A program made the position numbers and the translations under genes. Source: Eledone cirrhosa (lineage: Eukaryota). Taken from it: 64,000 nt of DNA. The stretch lies in assembly GCA_964016885.1 (NCBI GenBank), contig OZ024759.1, positions 4,836,001-4,900,000 on the forward strand. Direction: 5' to 3'. Position 1 is the first letter of the stretch. Each line of letters opens with the position of its first letter. The notes under the pieces were generated by a model, which worked only from the letters and a program-made list of their open reading frames with translations, ran no database searches and had not been told where the DNA came from. This document shows positions 11,145-23,824 of this stretch, piece after piece.

Positions 11145-14100
11145 TTTAGTAATATGGTAATGAAAGGATTAATGACATAGACAGTGTCTTTAAGTAGAAA
11201 TATGGTAATGAAATGGTTAATGATATAGACAGTGTCTTTAAGTAGAGATATGGTAATGAAGGGATTAATGACATAGACAGTGTCTTTAAGTAGAGATATG
11301 TAATGAAAGGTTTAATGACATAGACAGTGTCTTTAAGTAGAAATATGGTAATGAAAGGGTTAATGATATAGACAGTGTCTTTAAGTAGAAATATGTAACG
11401 AAAGGATTAATGACATAGACAGTGTCTTTAAGTAGAGATATGTAATGAAAGGGTTAATGACATAGACAGTGTCTTTAAGTAGAGATATGGTAATGAAAGG
11501 GTTAATGACATAGACAGTGTCTTTAAGTAGAAATATGGTAATGAAAGGGTTAATGATATAGGTAGTGTCTTTAAGTAGAAATATGGTAATGAAAGGTTTA
11601 ATGACATAGACGGTGTATTTAAGTAGAGATATGTAATGAAAGGTTTAATGACATAGACAGTGTCTTTAAGTAGAGATATGTAATGAAAGGATTAATGACA
11701 TAGACGGTGTCTTTAAGTAGAGATATGTAATGAAAGGGTTAATGACATAGACAGTGTCTTTAAGTAGAAATATGTAATGAAAGGATTAATGACATAGACG
11801 GTGTCTTTAAGTAGAGATATGTAATGAAAGGGTTAATGACATAGACAGTGTCTTTAAGTAGAGATATGTAATGAAAGGGTTAATGACATAGACAGTGTCT
11901 TTAAGTAGAAATATGGCAATGAAAGGGTTAATGACATAGACAGTGTCTTTAAGTAGAGATATGTAATGAAAGGGTTAATGACATAGACAGTGTCTTTAAG
12001 TAGAAATATGGTAATGAAAGGGTTAATGACATAGACAGTGTCTTTAAGTAGAGATATGTAATGAAAGGTTTAATGACATAGACAGTGTCTTTAAGTAGAG
12101 ATATGTAATGAAAGTTTTAATGACATGTCTTTAAGTAGAAATATGGTAATGAAAGAGTTAATGACATAGACAGTGTCTTTCATTAGAAATATGGTAATGA
12201 AAGGGTTAATGATATAGACAGTGTCTTTCATTAGAAATATGGTAATGAAAGGGTTAATGATATAGACAGTGTCTTTCATTAGAAATATGGTAATGAAGGG
12301 GTTAATGACATAGACTGTGTCTTTCATTAGAAATATGGTAATTAAAGGGTTAATGACATAGACAGTGTCTTTCATTAGAAATATGGTAATGAAAGGGTTA
12401 ATCACATAGACGGTGTCTTTAAGTAGAGATATGTAATGAAAGGGTTAATGATATAGACAGTGTCTTTAAGTAGAGATATGTAATGAAAGGGTTAATGATA
12501 TAGACAGTATCTTTAAGTAGAGATATGGTAATGAAAGGGTTAATGACATAGACAGTGTCTTTAAGTAGAGATATGTAATGAAAGGATTAATGACATAGAC
12601 GGTGTCTTTAAGTAGAGATATGTAATGAAAGGTTTAATGATATAGACAGTGTCTTTAAGTAGAAATATGGTAATGAAAGGGTTAATGACATAGACAGTGT
12701 CTTTAAGTAGAGATATGTAATGAAAGTTTTAATGACATGTCTTTAAGTAGAAATATGGTAATGAAAGAGTTAATGACATAGACAGTGTCTTTCATTAGAA
12801 ATATGGTAATGAAAGGGTTAATGATATAGACAGTGTCTTTCATTAGAAATATGGTAATGAAAGGGGTAATGACATAGACAGTGTCTTTAAGTAGAAATAT
12901 GGTAATGAAAGGATTAATGACATAGACAGTGTCTTTCATTAGAAATATGGTAATGAAAGATTATATGATATAGACAGTGTCTTTAAGTAGAGATATGGTA
13001 ATGAAAGGATTAATGACATAGACAGTGTCTTTAAGTAGAAACTTGGTAATGAAAAGTTTAATGACATAGAGTCTATGTCATTAAGCCTTTATCCAAATAT
13101 TCAATTACTTTCAATCAAGAAACAAATGCAAATATCCGACTAACTTGAATTTTCCCTCGGATTTTAAAATTATTTTACGTATTTTTTCTATATTAGTTTT
13201 TTGAACTTAATATTATTATTTTTCTATTGTATTTCTTTATAATTATGTGAAGGCAAAAATATTTTATATTGTAACTTTTTATGTTAAATAATAAATGACT
13301 ATAAAACTATACAAATTTTATATACTATATATTATAATAATTTCACAAAAGTCGCATTTATAGGTATATCAACTTATGCGGCCTCCTTTATTACTGCCTA
13401 ATTTAAATGTGGCCTCTAATGGTAAAAAGGTTCCTCTCCTCTGACATAGACAGTGTCTTTCATTAGAAATATGGTAATGAAAGGGTTAATGACATAGACA
13501 GTGTCTTTAAGTAGAGATATGTAATGAAAGGGTTAATGATATAGACAGTGTCTTTAAGTAGAAATATGGTAATGAAAGGGTTAATGACATAGACAGTTTC
13601 TTTAAGTAGAGATATGTAATGAAAGTTTTAATGACATGTCTTTAAGTAGAAATATGGTAATGAAAGAGTTAATGACATAGACAGTGTCTTTCATTAGAAA
13701 TATGGTAATGAAAGGGTTAATGATATAGACAGTGTCTTTCATTAGAAATATGGTAATGAAAGGGGTAATGACATAGACAGTGTCTTTAAGTAGAAATATG
13801 GTAATGAAAGGATTAATGACATAGACAGTGTCTTTCATTAGAAATATGGTAATGAAAGATTAAATGATATAGACAGTGTCTTTAAGTAGAGATATGGTAA
13901 TGAAAGGATTAATGACATAGACAGTGTCTTTAAGTAGAAACTTGGTAATGAAAAGTTTAATGACATAGAGTCTATGTCATTAAACCTTAATCCAAATATT
14001 CAATTACTTTCAAGCAAGAAACAAATGCAAATATCCGATTAACTTGAATTTTCCCTCGGATTTTAAAATTATTTTACGTATTTTTTCTATATTAGTTTTT

Positions 14101-14485
14101 TGAACTTAATATTATTATTTTTCTATTGTATTTCTTTATAATTATGTGAAGGCAAAAATATTTTATATTGTAACTTTTTATGTTAAATAATAAATGACTA
14201 TAAAACTATACAAATTTTATATACTATATATTATAATAATTTCACAAAAGTCGCATTTATAGGTATATCAACTTATGCGGCCTCCTTTATTACTGCCTAA
14301 TTTAAATGTGGCCTCTAAAGGTAAAAAGGTTCCTCTCCTCTGACATAGACAGTGTCTTTCATTAGAAATATGGTAATGAAAGGGTTAATGACATAGACAG
14401 TGTCTTTCATTAGAAATATGGTAATGAAAGGGTTAATGACATAGACAGTGTCTTTTATTAGAAATGTGGTAATGAAAGGGTTAAT
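11145..14485. repeat. 47/48-bp minisatellite with a ~900-bp tandemly duplicated block
   Basis: Unit GACATAGACAGTGTCTTTCATTAGAAATATGGTAATGAAAGGGTTAAT; unique AT-rich spacer repeated at 13070-13441 and 13970-14341. Confidence 0.95.
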
Positions 14486-14500
14486 TACTACACCATATAC

Positions 14501-14638
14501 CTGTCTGACAGTTGCTACCTTCATAACCAGCAGCACATCCTCCACTAGAACACACACCTGTCTGTTTGTTACATTTACTGTTGTCAGCACAGTGACATGT
14601 GTTGCCACAGTTGGCTCCATATTTACCTGATTTACAGA
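14501..14638 (-). CDS. Exon N (138 nt), EGF-like repeat, near-identical to exon M
   Basis: atttccag / gtatat; [46 protein letters not shown]. Confidence 0.87.
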
Positions 14639-14746
14639 CTGGAAATAAAATATGAGAACAATGACAATTATAACAACATTTACGCTATACAAGATAATAA
14701 ATATCACAATATTATATCATCTATATTATAGTGTTGTCATCTATAC

Positions 14747-17700
14747 CAGAGGTCGGCATCCTTTTGGGGCGTGCGGGCCACATTGCTATGGAGTGTCACA
14801 CAGGCAGGCCACATTTCTATGCAGTGTCTCACTGGCAGGCCACATTGTTACGAAGTGTCTTGTCAGTTGCTCACATTGTTATACAGTGTCTTGTCAGCAG
14901 GCCACATAGCTATGGAGTGTCTTGTCAGCAGGCCACATAGCTATGGAGTGTCTTGTCAGCAGGCCACATAGCTATGGAGTGCCTTGTCAGCAGGCCACAT
15001 AGCTGTACAGTGTCTTGTCAGCAGGCCACATAGCTATGCAGTGTCTTGTCAGCAGGCCACATTTCTATAGAGTGTCTTGTCAGCAGGCCACATAGCTATG
15101 GAGTGTCTTGTCAGCAGGCCACATTGTTACGAAGTGTCTTGTCAGTTGCTCACATTGCAATACAGTGTCTTGTCAGCAGGCCACATAGCTATGGAGTGTC
15201 TCACCAGCAGGCCACATTGCTATACAGTGTCTTGTCAGCAGGCCACATAGCTATACAGTGTCTTGTCAGCAGGCCATATTGCTATGGAGTGTCTCACGAG
15301 CAGGCCACATAGCTATGGAGTGTCTTGTCAGCAGGCCACATTGCTATAGAGTGTCTTGTCAGCAGGCCACATAGCTATGGAGTGTCTCACCAGCAGGCCA
15401 CATTGCTATGCAGTGTCTCACCAGCAGGCCACATAGCTATGCAGTGTCTCACCAGCAGGCCACATAGCTATGCAGTGTCTCACCAGCAGGCCACATTGCT
15501 ATGCAGTGTCTTGTCAGCAGGCCATATTGCTATGTAGTGTCTCACTAGCAGGCCACATAGCTATGCAGTGTCTCACCAGCAGGCCACATTGCTATGTAGT
15601 GTCTCACCAGCAGGCCACATTGCTATGTAGTGTCTCACCAGCAGGCCACATTGCTATGTAGTGTCTTGTCAGCAGGCCACATAGCTATGTAGTGTCTCGT
15701 CAACAGGCCACATAGCTATGTAGTGTCTCACCAGCAGGCCACATTGCTATGTAGTGTCTCACCAGCAGGCCACATTGCTATGTAGTGTCTCACCAGCAGG
15801 CCACATTGCTATGTAGTGTCTTGTCAGCAGGCCACATAGCTATGTAGTGTCTCGTCAGCAGGCCACATAGCTATGGAGTGTCTTGTCGGCAGGCCACATA
15901 GCTATGGAGTGTCTCACCAGCAGGCCACATAGCTATGGAGTATCTCACCAGCAGGCCACATTGTTACGAAGTGTCTTGTCAGTTGCTCACATTGCAATAC
16001 AGTGTCTTGTCAGCAGGCCACATAGCTATGGAGTGTCTTGTCAGCAGGCCACATAGCTATGGAGTGTCTCACCAGCAGGCCACATTGCTATACAGTGTCT
16101 TGTCAGCAGGCCACATAGCTATGGAGTGTCTTGTCAGCAGGCCACATAGCTATGGAGTGTCTCACCAGCACGCCACATTGCTATACAGTGTCTTGTCAGC
16201 AGGCCACATAGCTATACAGTGTCTTGTCAGCAGGCCATATTGCTATGTAGTGTCTCACCAGCAGGCCACATAGCTATGGAGTGTCTTGTCAGCGGGCCAC
16301 ATAGCTATGGAGTGTTTCAGCAGCAGGCCACATAGCTATGCAGTGTCTTGTCAGCAGGCCACATACAGTGTCTTGTCAGCAGGCCATATTGCTATGCAGT
16401 GTCTTGCCAGCAGGCCACATTGCTATAGAGTGTCTTGTCAGCAGGCCACATAGCCATGGAGTGTCTCACCAGCAGGCCACATTGCTATGCAGTGTCTCAC
16501 CAGCATGCCACATAGCTATGTAGTGTCTTGTAAACAGGCCACATAGCTATGCAGTGTCTCACCAGCAGGCCACATAGCTATGCAGTGTCTCACCAGCAGG
16601 CCACATTGCTATGCAGTGTCTCACCAGCAGGCCACATTGCTATGTAGTGTTTCACCAGCAGGCCACATTGCTATGTAGTGTCTCACCAGCAGGCCACATT
16701 GCTATGTAGTGTCTTGTCAGCAGGCCATATTGCTATGCAGTTTCTCACCAGCAGGCCACATAGCTATGTAGTGTCTTGTCAGCAGGCCACATAGCTATGC
16801 AGTGTCTCACCAGCAGGCCACATTGCTATGCAGTGTCTCACCAGCAGGCCACATTGCTATGCAGTGTCTTGTCAGCAGGCCATATTGCTATGTAGTGTCT
16901 CACCAGCAGGCCACATAGCTATGTAGTGTCTCGTCAGCAGGCCACATAGCTATGGAGTGTCTTGTCGGCAGGCCACATAGCTATGCAGTGTCTCACCAGC
17001 AGGCCACATAGCTATGCAGTGTCTCACCAGCAGGCCACATAGCTATGGAGTGTCTCACCAGCAGGCCACATAGCTATGGAGTGTCTCACCAGCAGGCCAC
17101 ATTGCTATGCAGTTTCTCACCAGCAGGCCACATTGCTATGTAGTGTCTCACCAGCAGGCCACATTGCTATGCAGTTTCTCACCAGCAGGCTACATAGCTA
17201 TGTAGTGTCTCACCAGCAGGCCACATAGCTATGTAGTGTCTCACCAGCAGGCCACATAGCTATGTAGTGTCTCACCAGCAGGCCACATAGCTATGTAGTG
17301 TCTCACCAGCAGGCCACATAGCTATGTAGTGTCTCGTCAGCAGGCCACATAGCTATGGAGTGTCTTGTCGGCAGGCCACATAGCTATGGAGTGTCTCACC
17401 AGCAGGCCACATAGCTATGTAGTGTCTCGTCAACAGGCCACATAGCTATGGAGTGTCTTGTCAGCAGGCCACATTGCTATAGAGTGTCTTGTCAGCAGGC
17501 CACATAGCTATGGAGTGTCTCACCAGCAGGCCACATTGCTATGCAGTGTCTCACCAGCAGGCCACATAGCTATGCAGTGTCTCACCAGCAGGCCACATAG
17601 CTATGCAGTGTCTCACCAGCAGGCCACATTGCTATGCAGTGTCTTGTCAGCAGGCCATATTGCTATGTAGTGTCTCACCAGCAGGCCACATAGCTATGTA

Positions 17701-20700
17701 GTGTCTCGTCAGCAGGCCACATAGCTATGGAGTGTCTTGTCGGCAGACCACATAGCTATGCAGTGTCTCACTAGCAGGCCACATAGCTATGCAGTGTCTC
17801 ACCAGCAGGCCACATTGCTATGTAGTGTCTCACCAGCAGGCCACATTGCTATGTAGTGTCTCACCAGCAGGCCACATTGCTATGTAGTGTCTTGTCAGCA
17901 GGCCACATAGCTATGTTGTGTCTCGTCAACAGGCCACATAGCTATGTTGTGTCTCGTCAACAGGCCACATAGCTATGTAGTGTCTCACCAGCAGGCCACA
18001 TTGCTATGTAGTGTCTCACCAGCAGGCCACATTGCTATGTAGTGTCTCACCAGCAGGCCACATTGCTATGTAGTGTCTTGTCAGCAGGCCACATAGCTAT
18101 GTAGTGTCTCGTCAGCAGGCCACATAGCTATGGAGTGTCTTGTCGGCAGGCCACATAGCTATGTTGTGTCTCGTCAACAGGCCACATAGCTATGTTGTGT
18201 CTCGTCAACAGGCCACATAGCTATGTAGTGTCTCACCAGCAGGCCACATTGCTATGTAGTGTCTCACCAGCAGGCCACATAGCTATGGAGTATCTCACCA
18301 GCAGGCCACATTGTTACGAAGTGTCTTGTCAGTTGCTCACATTGCAATACAGTGTCTTGTCAGCAGGCCACATAGTTATGGAGTGTCTTGTCAGCAGGCC
18401 ACATAGCTATGGAGTGTCTCACCAGCAGGCCACATTGCTATACAGTGTCTTGTCAGCAGGCCACATAGCTATGGAGTGTCTTGTCAGCAGGCCACATAGC
18501 TATGGAGTGTCTCACCAGCAGGCCACATTGCTATACAGTGTCTTGTCAGCAGGCCACATAGCTATACAGTGTCTTGTCAGCAGGCCATATTGCTATGGAG
18601 TGTCTCACCAGCAGGCCACATAGCTATGGAGTGTCTTGTCAGCGGGCCACATAGCTATGGAGTGTTTCACCAGCAGGCCACATAGCTATGCAGTGTCTTG
18701 TCAGCAGGCCACATACAGTGTCTTGTCAGCAGGCCATATTGCTATGCAGTGTCTTGTCAGCAGGCCAGATTGCTATAGAGTGTCTTGTCAGCAGGCCACA
18801 TAGCCATGGAGTGTCTCACCAGCAGGCCACATTGCTATGCAGTGTCTCACCAGCATGCCACATAGCTATGTAGTGTCTTGTAAACAGGCCACATAGCTAT
18901 GCAGTGTCTCACCAGCAGGCCACATAGCTATGCAGTGTCTCACCAGCAGGCCACATTGCTATGCAGTGTCTCACCAGGAGGCCACATTGCTATGTAGTGT
19001 CTCACCAGCAGGCCACATTGCTATGTAGTGTCTCACCAGCAGGCCACATTGCTATGTAGTGTCTCACCAGCAGGCCACATTGCTATGCAGTGTCTCACCA
19101 GCAGGCCACATAGCTATGCAGTGTCTCACCAGCAGGCCACATTGCTATGCAGTGTCTCACCAGCAGGCCACATTGCTATGTAGTGTCTCACCAGCAGGCC
19201 ACATAGCTATGTAGTGTCTCGTCAGCAGGCCACATAGCTATGGAGTGTCTTGTCGGCAGGCCACATAGCTATGCAGTGTCTCACCAGCAGGCCACATAGC
19301 TATGCAGTGTCTCACCAGCAGGCCACATAGCTATGGAGTGTCTCACCAGCAGGCCACATAGCTATGGAGTGTCTCACCAGCAGGCCACATTGCTATGCAG
19401 TTTCTCACCAGCAGGCCACATTGCTATGTAGTGTCTCACCAGCAGGCCACATTGCTATGCAGTTTCTCACCAGCAGGCTACATAGCTATGTAGTGTCTCA
19501 CCAGCAGGCCACATAGCTATGTAGTGTCTCACCAGCAGGCCACATAGCTATGTAGTGTCTCACCAGCAGGCCACATAGCTATGTAGTGTCTCACCAGCAG
19601 GCCACATAGCTATGTAGTGTCTCGTCAGCAGGCCACATAGCTATGGAGTGTCTTGTCGGCAGGCCACATAGCTATGGAGTGTCTCACCAGCAGGCCACAT
19701 AGCTATGTAGTGTCTCGTCAGCAGGCCACATAGCTATGGAGTGTCTTGTCAGCAGGCCACATTGCTATAGAGTGTCTTGTCAGCAGGCCACATAGATAAT
19801 GGAGTGTCTCACCAGCAGGCCACATTGCTATGCAGTGTCTCACCAGCAGGCCACATAGCTATGCAGTGTCTCACCAGCAGGCCACATAGCTATGCAGTGT
19901 CTCACCAGCAGGCCACATTGCTATGCAGTGTCTTGTCAGCAGGTCATATTGCTATGTAGTGTCTCACCAGCAGGCCACATAGCTATGTAGTGTCTCGTCA
20001 GCAGGCCACATAGCTATGGAGTGTCTTGTCGGCAGACCACATAGCTATGCAGTGTCTCACTAGCAGGCCACATAGCTATGCAGTGTCTCACCAGCAGGCC
20101 ACATTGCTATGTAGTGTCTCACCAGCAGGCCACATTGCTATGTAGTGTCTCACCAGCAGGCCACATTGCTATGTAGTGTCTTGTCAGCAGGCCACATAGC
20201 TATGTAGTGTCTCGTCAACAGGCCACATAGCTATGTAGTGTCTCACCAGCAGGCCACATTGCTATGTAGTGTCTCACCAGCAGGCCACATTGCTATGTAG
20301 TGTCTCACCAGCAGGCCACATTGCTATGTAGTGTCTTGTCAGCAGGCCACATAGCTATGTAGTGTCTCGTCAGCAGGCCACATAGCTATGGAGTGTCTTG
20401 TCGGCAGGCCACATAGCTATGGAGTGTCTCACCAGCAGGCCACATAGCTATGGAGTATCTCACCAGCAGGCCACATTGTTACGAAGTGTCTTGTCAGTTG
20501 CTCACATTGCAATACAGTGTCTTGTCAGCAGGCCACATAGCTATGGAGTGTCTTGTCAGCAGGCCACATAGCTATGGAGTGTCTCACCAGCAGGCCACAT
20601 TGCTATACAGTGTCTTGTCAGCAGGCCACATAGCTGTGGAGTGTCTTGTCAGCAGGCCACATAGCTATGGAGTGTCTCACCAGCAGGCCACATTGCTATA

Positions 20701-23023
20701 CAGTGTCTTGTCAGCAGGCCACATAGCTATACAGTGTCTTGTCAGCAGGCCATATTGCTATGGAGTGTCTCACCAGCAGGCCACATAGCTATGGAGTGTA
20801 TTGTCAGCGGGCCACATAGCTATGGAGTGTTTCACCAGCAGGCCACATAGCTATGCAGTGTCTTGTCAGCAGGCCACATACAGTGTCTTGTCAGCAGGCC
20901 ATATTGCTATGCAGTGTCTTGTCAGCAGGCCACATTGCTATAGAGTGTCTTGTCAGCAGGCCACATAGCCATGGAGTGTCTCACCAGCAGGCCACATTGC
21001 TATGCAGTGTCTCACCAGCATGCCACATAGCTATGTAGTGTCTTGTAAACAGGCCACATAGCTATGCAGTGTCTCACCAGCAGGCCACATAGCTATGCAG
21101 TGTCTCACCAGCAGGCCACATTGCTATGCAGTGTCTCACCAGCAGGCCACATTGCTATGTAGTGTCTCACCAGCAGGCCACATTGCTATGTAGTGTCTCA
21201 CCAGCAGGCCACATTGCTATGTAGTGTCTTGTCAGCAGGCCATATTGCTATGCAGTTTCTCACCAGCAGGCCACATAGCTATGTAGTGTCTTGTCAGCAG
21301 GCCACATAGCTATGCAGTGTCTCACCAGCAGGCCACATTGCTATGCAGTGTCTCACCAGCAGGCCACATTGCTATGCAGTGTCTTGTCAGCAGGCCATAT
21401 TGCTATGTAGTGTCTCACCAGCAGGCCACATAGCTATGTAGTGTCTCGTCAGCAGGCCACATAGCTATGGAGTGTCTTGTCGGCAGGCCACATAGCTATG
21501 CAGTGTCTCACTAGCAGGCCACATAGCTATGGAGTGTCTCACCAGCAGGCCACATAGCTATGGAGTGTCTCACCAGCAGGCCACATTGCTATGCAGTTTC
21601 TCACCAGCAGGCCACATTGCTTTGTAGTGTCTCACCAGCAGGCCACATTGCTATGCAGTTTCTCACCAGCAGGCTACATAGCTATGTAGTGTCTCACCAG
21701 CAGGCCACATAGCTATGTAGTGTCTCACCAGCAGGCCACATAGCTATGTAGTGTCTCACCAGCAGGCCACATAGCTATGTAGTGTCTCGTCAGCAGGCCA
21801 CATAGCTATGGAGTGTCTTGTCGGCAGGCCACATAGCTATGGAGTGTCTCACCAGCAGGCCACATAGCTATGTAGTGTCTCGTCAGCAGGCCACATAGCT
21901 ATGGAGTGTCTTGTCGGCAGGCCACATAGCTATGGAGTGTCTCACCAGCAGGCCACATAGCTATGGAGTGTCTCACCAGCAGGCCACATTGCTATGTAGT
22001 GTCTCACCAGCAGGCCACATAGCTATGGAGTGTCTCACCAGCAGGCCACATTGCTATGTAGTGTCTCACCAACAGGCCACATAGCTATGTAGTGTCTCAC
22101 CAGCAGGCCACATAGCTATGTAGTGTCTCGTCAGCAGGCCACATAGCTATGGAGTGTCTTGTCGGCAGGCCACATAGCTATGGAGTGTCTCACCAGCAGG
22201 CCACATAGCTATGGAGTGTCTTGTCAGCAGGCCACATTGCTATGTAGTGTCTCACCAGCAGGCCACATAGCTATGGAGTGTCTCACCAGCAGGCCACATT
22301 GCTATGTAGTGTCTCGTCAGCAGGCCACATAGCTATGCAGTATCTCATCAGCAGGCCGCATTGCTATGTAGTGTCTCGTCGGCAGGCCATGATATAAAAT
22401 AAGTAATGAGAACATATGTAAAAATGAATGCAGTAATATAATAAAATACTCTGACAATTTTAATAAACTCTGACAAAGCCATGACACCTGGCAGTGTATT
22501 TAAACCAGGGTTGCCATTTGTTCATTGAACATATTTACTTCTAATAATACTGAACACTTTTAACATAGAAAAATAAATAAACATTGATTATTATCAAATA
22601 CAGTCCCTTACAGATGTTTTACTAGGAGACAGCTAACTAAAATGAACAATTTTGAGGATGAAATGAAATAACTATGTCAGACATACTGACTTTTTTAGGT
22701 AAGTCTGGGTCATTTCACATCCCTGCCATACAGATACTATGTATGTACATATATACACGAATACACACACACAGTCCCTTTGACCTCGATGTCTGACTAT
22801 TCTATCTCTCTGAGTTTGATTGTTTCTTACTGTCACATTAAAACATTACGTTCAGTTAAGTGAGTCTTGTGGTTAGACGTGTTCTCTAGTTGGTATTTTA
22901 ATCCCAAATAATTCAGAACACTTTTTCAGGGGATCGCTTAGTCTAAGATTGAAACCTGTCGGCAGGCCAGATGTGGCCCGCGGGCCAGATGTGGCCTACG
23001 GGCCAGGGATTTAATGACCCCTA
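14747..23023. mobile_element. Non-autonomous hAT (Charlie-like) transposon inflated by a 31-bp minisatellite
   Basis: Ends CAGAGGTCGGC / TGACCCCTA, subterminal GCGGGCC motifs, exact 8-bp TSD ATCTATAC at 14739-14746 and 23024-23031. Confidence 0.85.
14775..22390. repeat. 31-bp minisatellite (~7.6 kb) with higher-order structure
   Basis: Unit CAGCAGGCCACATAGCTATGGAGTGTCTTGT and variants; a diagnostic variant block recurs at ~15940, 18290, 20456. Confidence 0.97.
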
Positions 23024-23389
23024 ATCTATACTATAGTGATATCAACTATTTTATATCTATATCATCTGTACTATATCCCTACAACCTATATTATATCTAT
23101 AGCTATACTATATCTATTCCTCTATATTATATCTATTGAAGGCGCAAGGATTAGTGGTAAGAGCGTCAGGCTTACAATCATAAAGTTGTGAGTTCGATGC
23201 CTGAATCTTACTGTGTTTTGTGTTCTTGAACAACTCACTTTATTTCATGTTGCTCAAGATACTCTGCTATAGAAATGAGTTGTGATGTCACACTTTCAAT
23301 AGGAACACACACCTGTCTCTCAGTTACACCTGCTGTTGTTTTATTTCAATATATTATGCTACAACAAAGTTATGCTACATCACTTATCT

Positions 23390-23562
23390 TATTAGAAATA
23401 TGGTAATGAAAGGGTTAATGACATAGACAGTGTCTTTCATTATAAATGTGGTAATGAAAGGGTTAATGACATAGACAGTGTCTTTCATTAGAAATGTGGT
23501 AATGAAAGGGTTAATGACATAGACAGTGTCTTTCATTAGAAATGTGGTAATGAAAGGGTTAA
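23390..23562. repeat. 48-bp minisatellite (short array)
   Basis: Same unit as 11145-14485. Confidence 0.9.
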
Positions 23563-23578
23563 TTACTACACCATATAC

Positions 23579-23716
23579 CTGTATGACAGTTGCTACCTTC
23601 ATAACCAGCAGCACATCCTCCACTAGAACACACACCTGTCTGTTTGTTACATTTACTGTTGTCAACACAGTGACATGTGTTGCCACAGTTGGCTCCAAAT
23701 TTACCTGATTTACAGA
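23579..23716 (-). CDS. Exon M (138 nt), EGF-like repeat
   Basis: atttccag / gtatat; [46 protein letters not shown]. Confidence 0.87.
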
Positions 23717-23824
23717 CTGGAAATAAAATATGAGAACAATGACAATTATAACAACATTTACACTATACAAGATAATAAATATCACAATATTATATCATCT
23801 ATATTATAGTGTTGTCATCTATAC

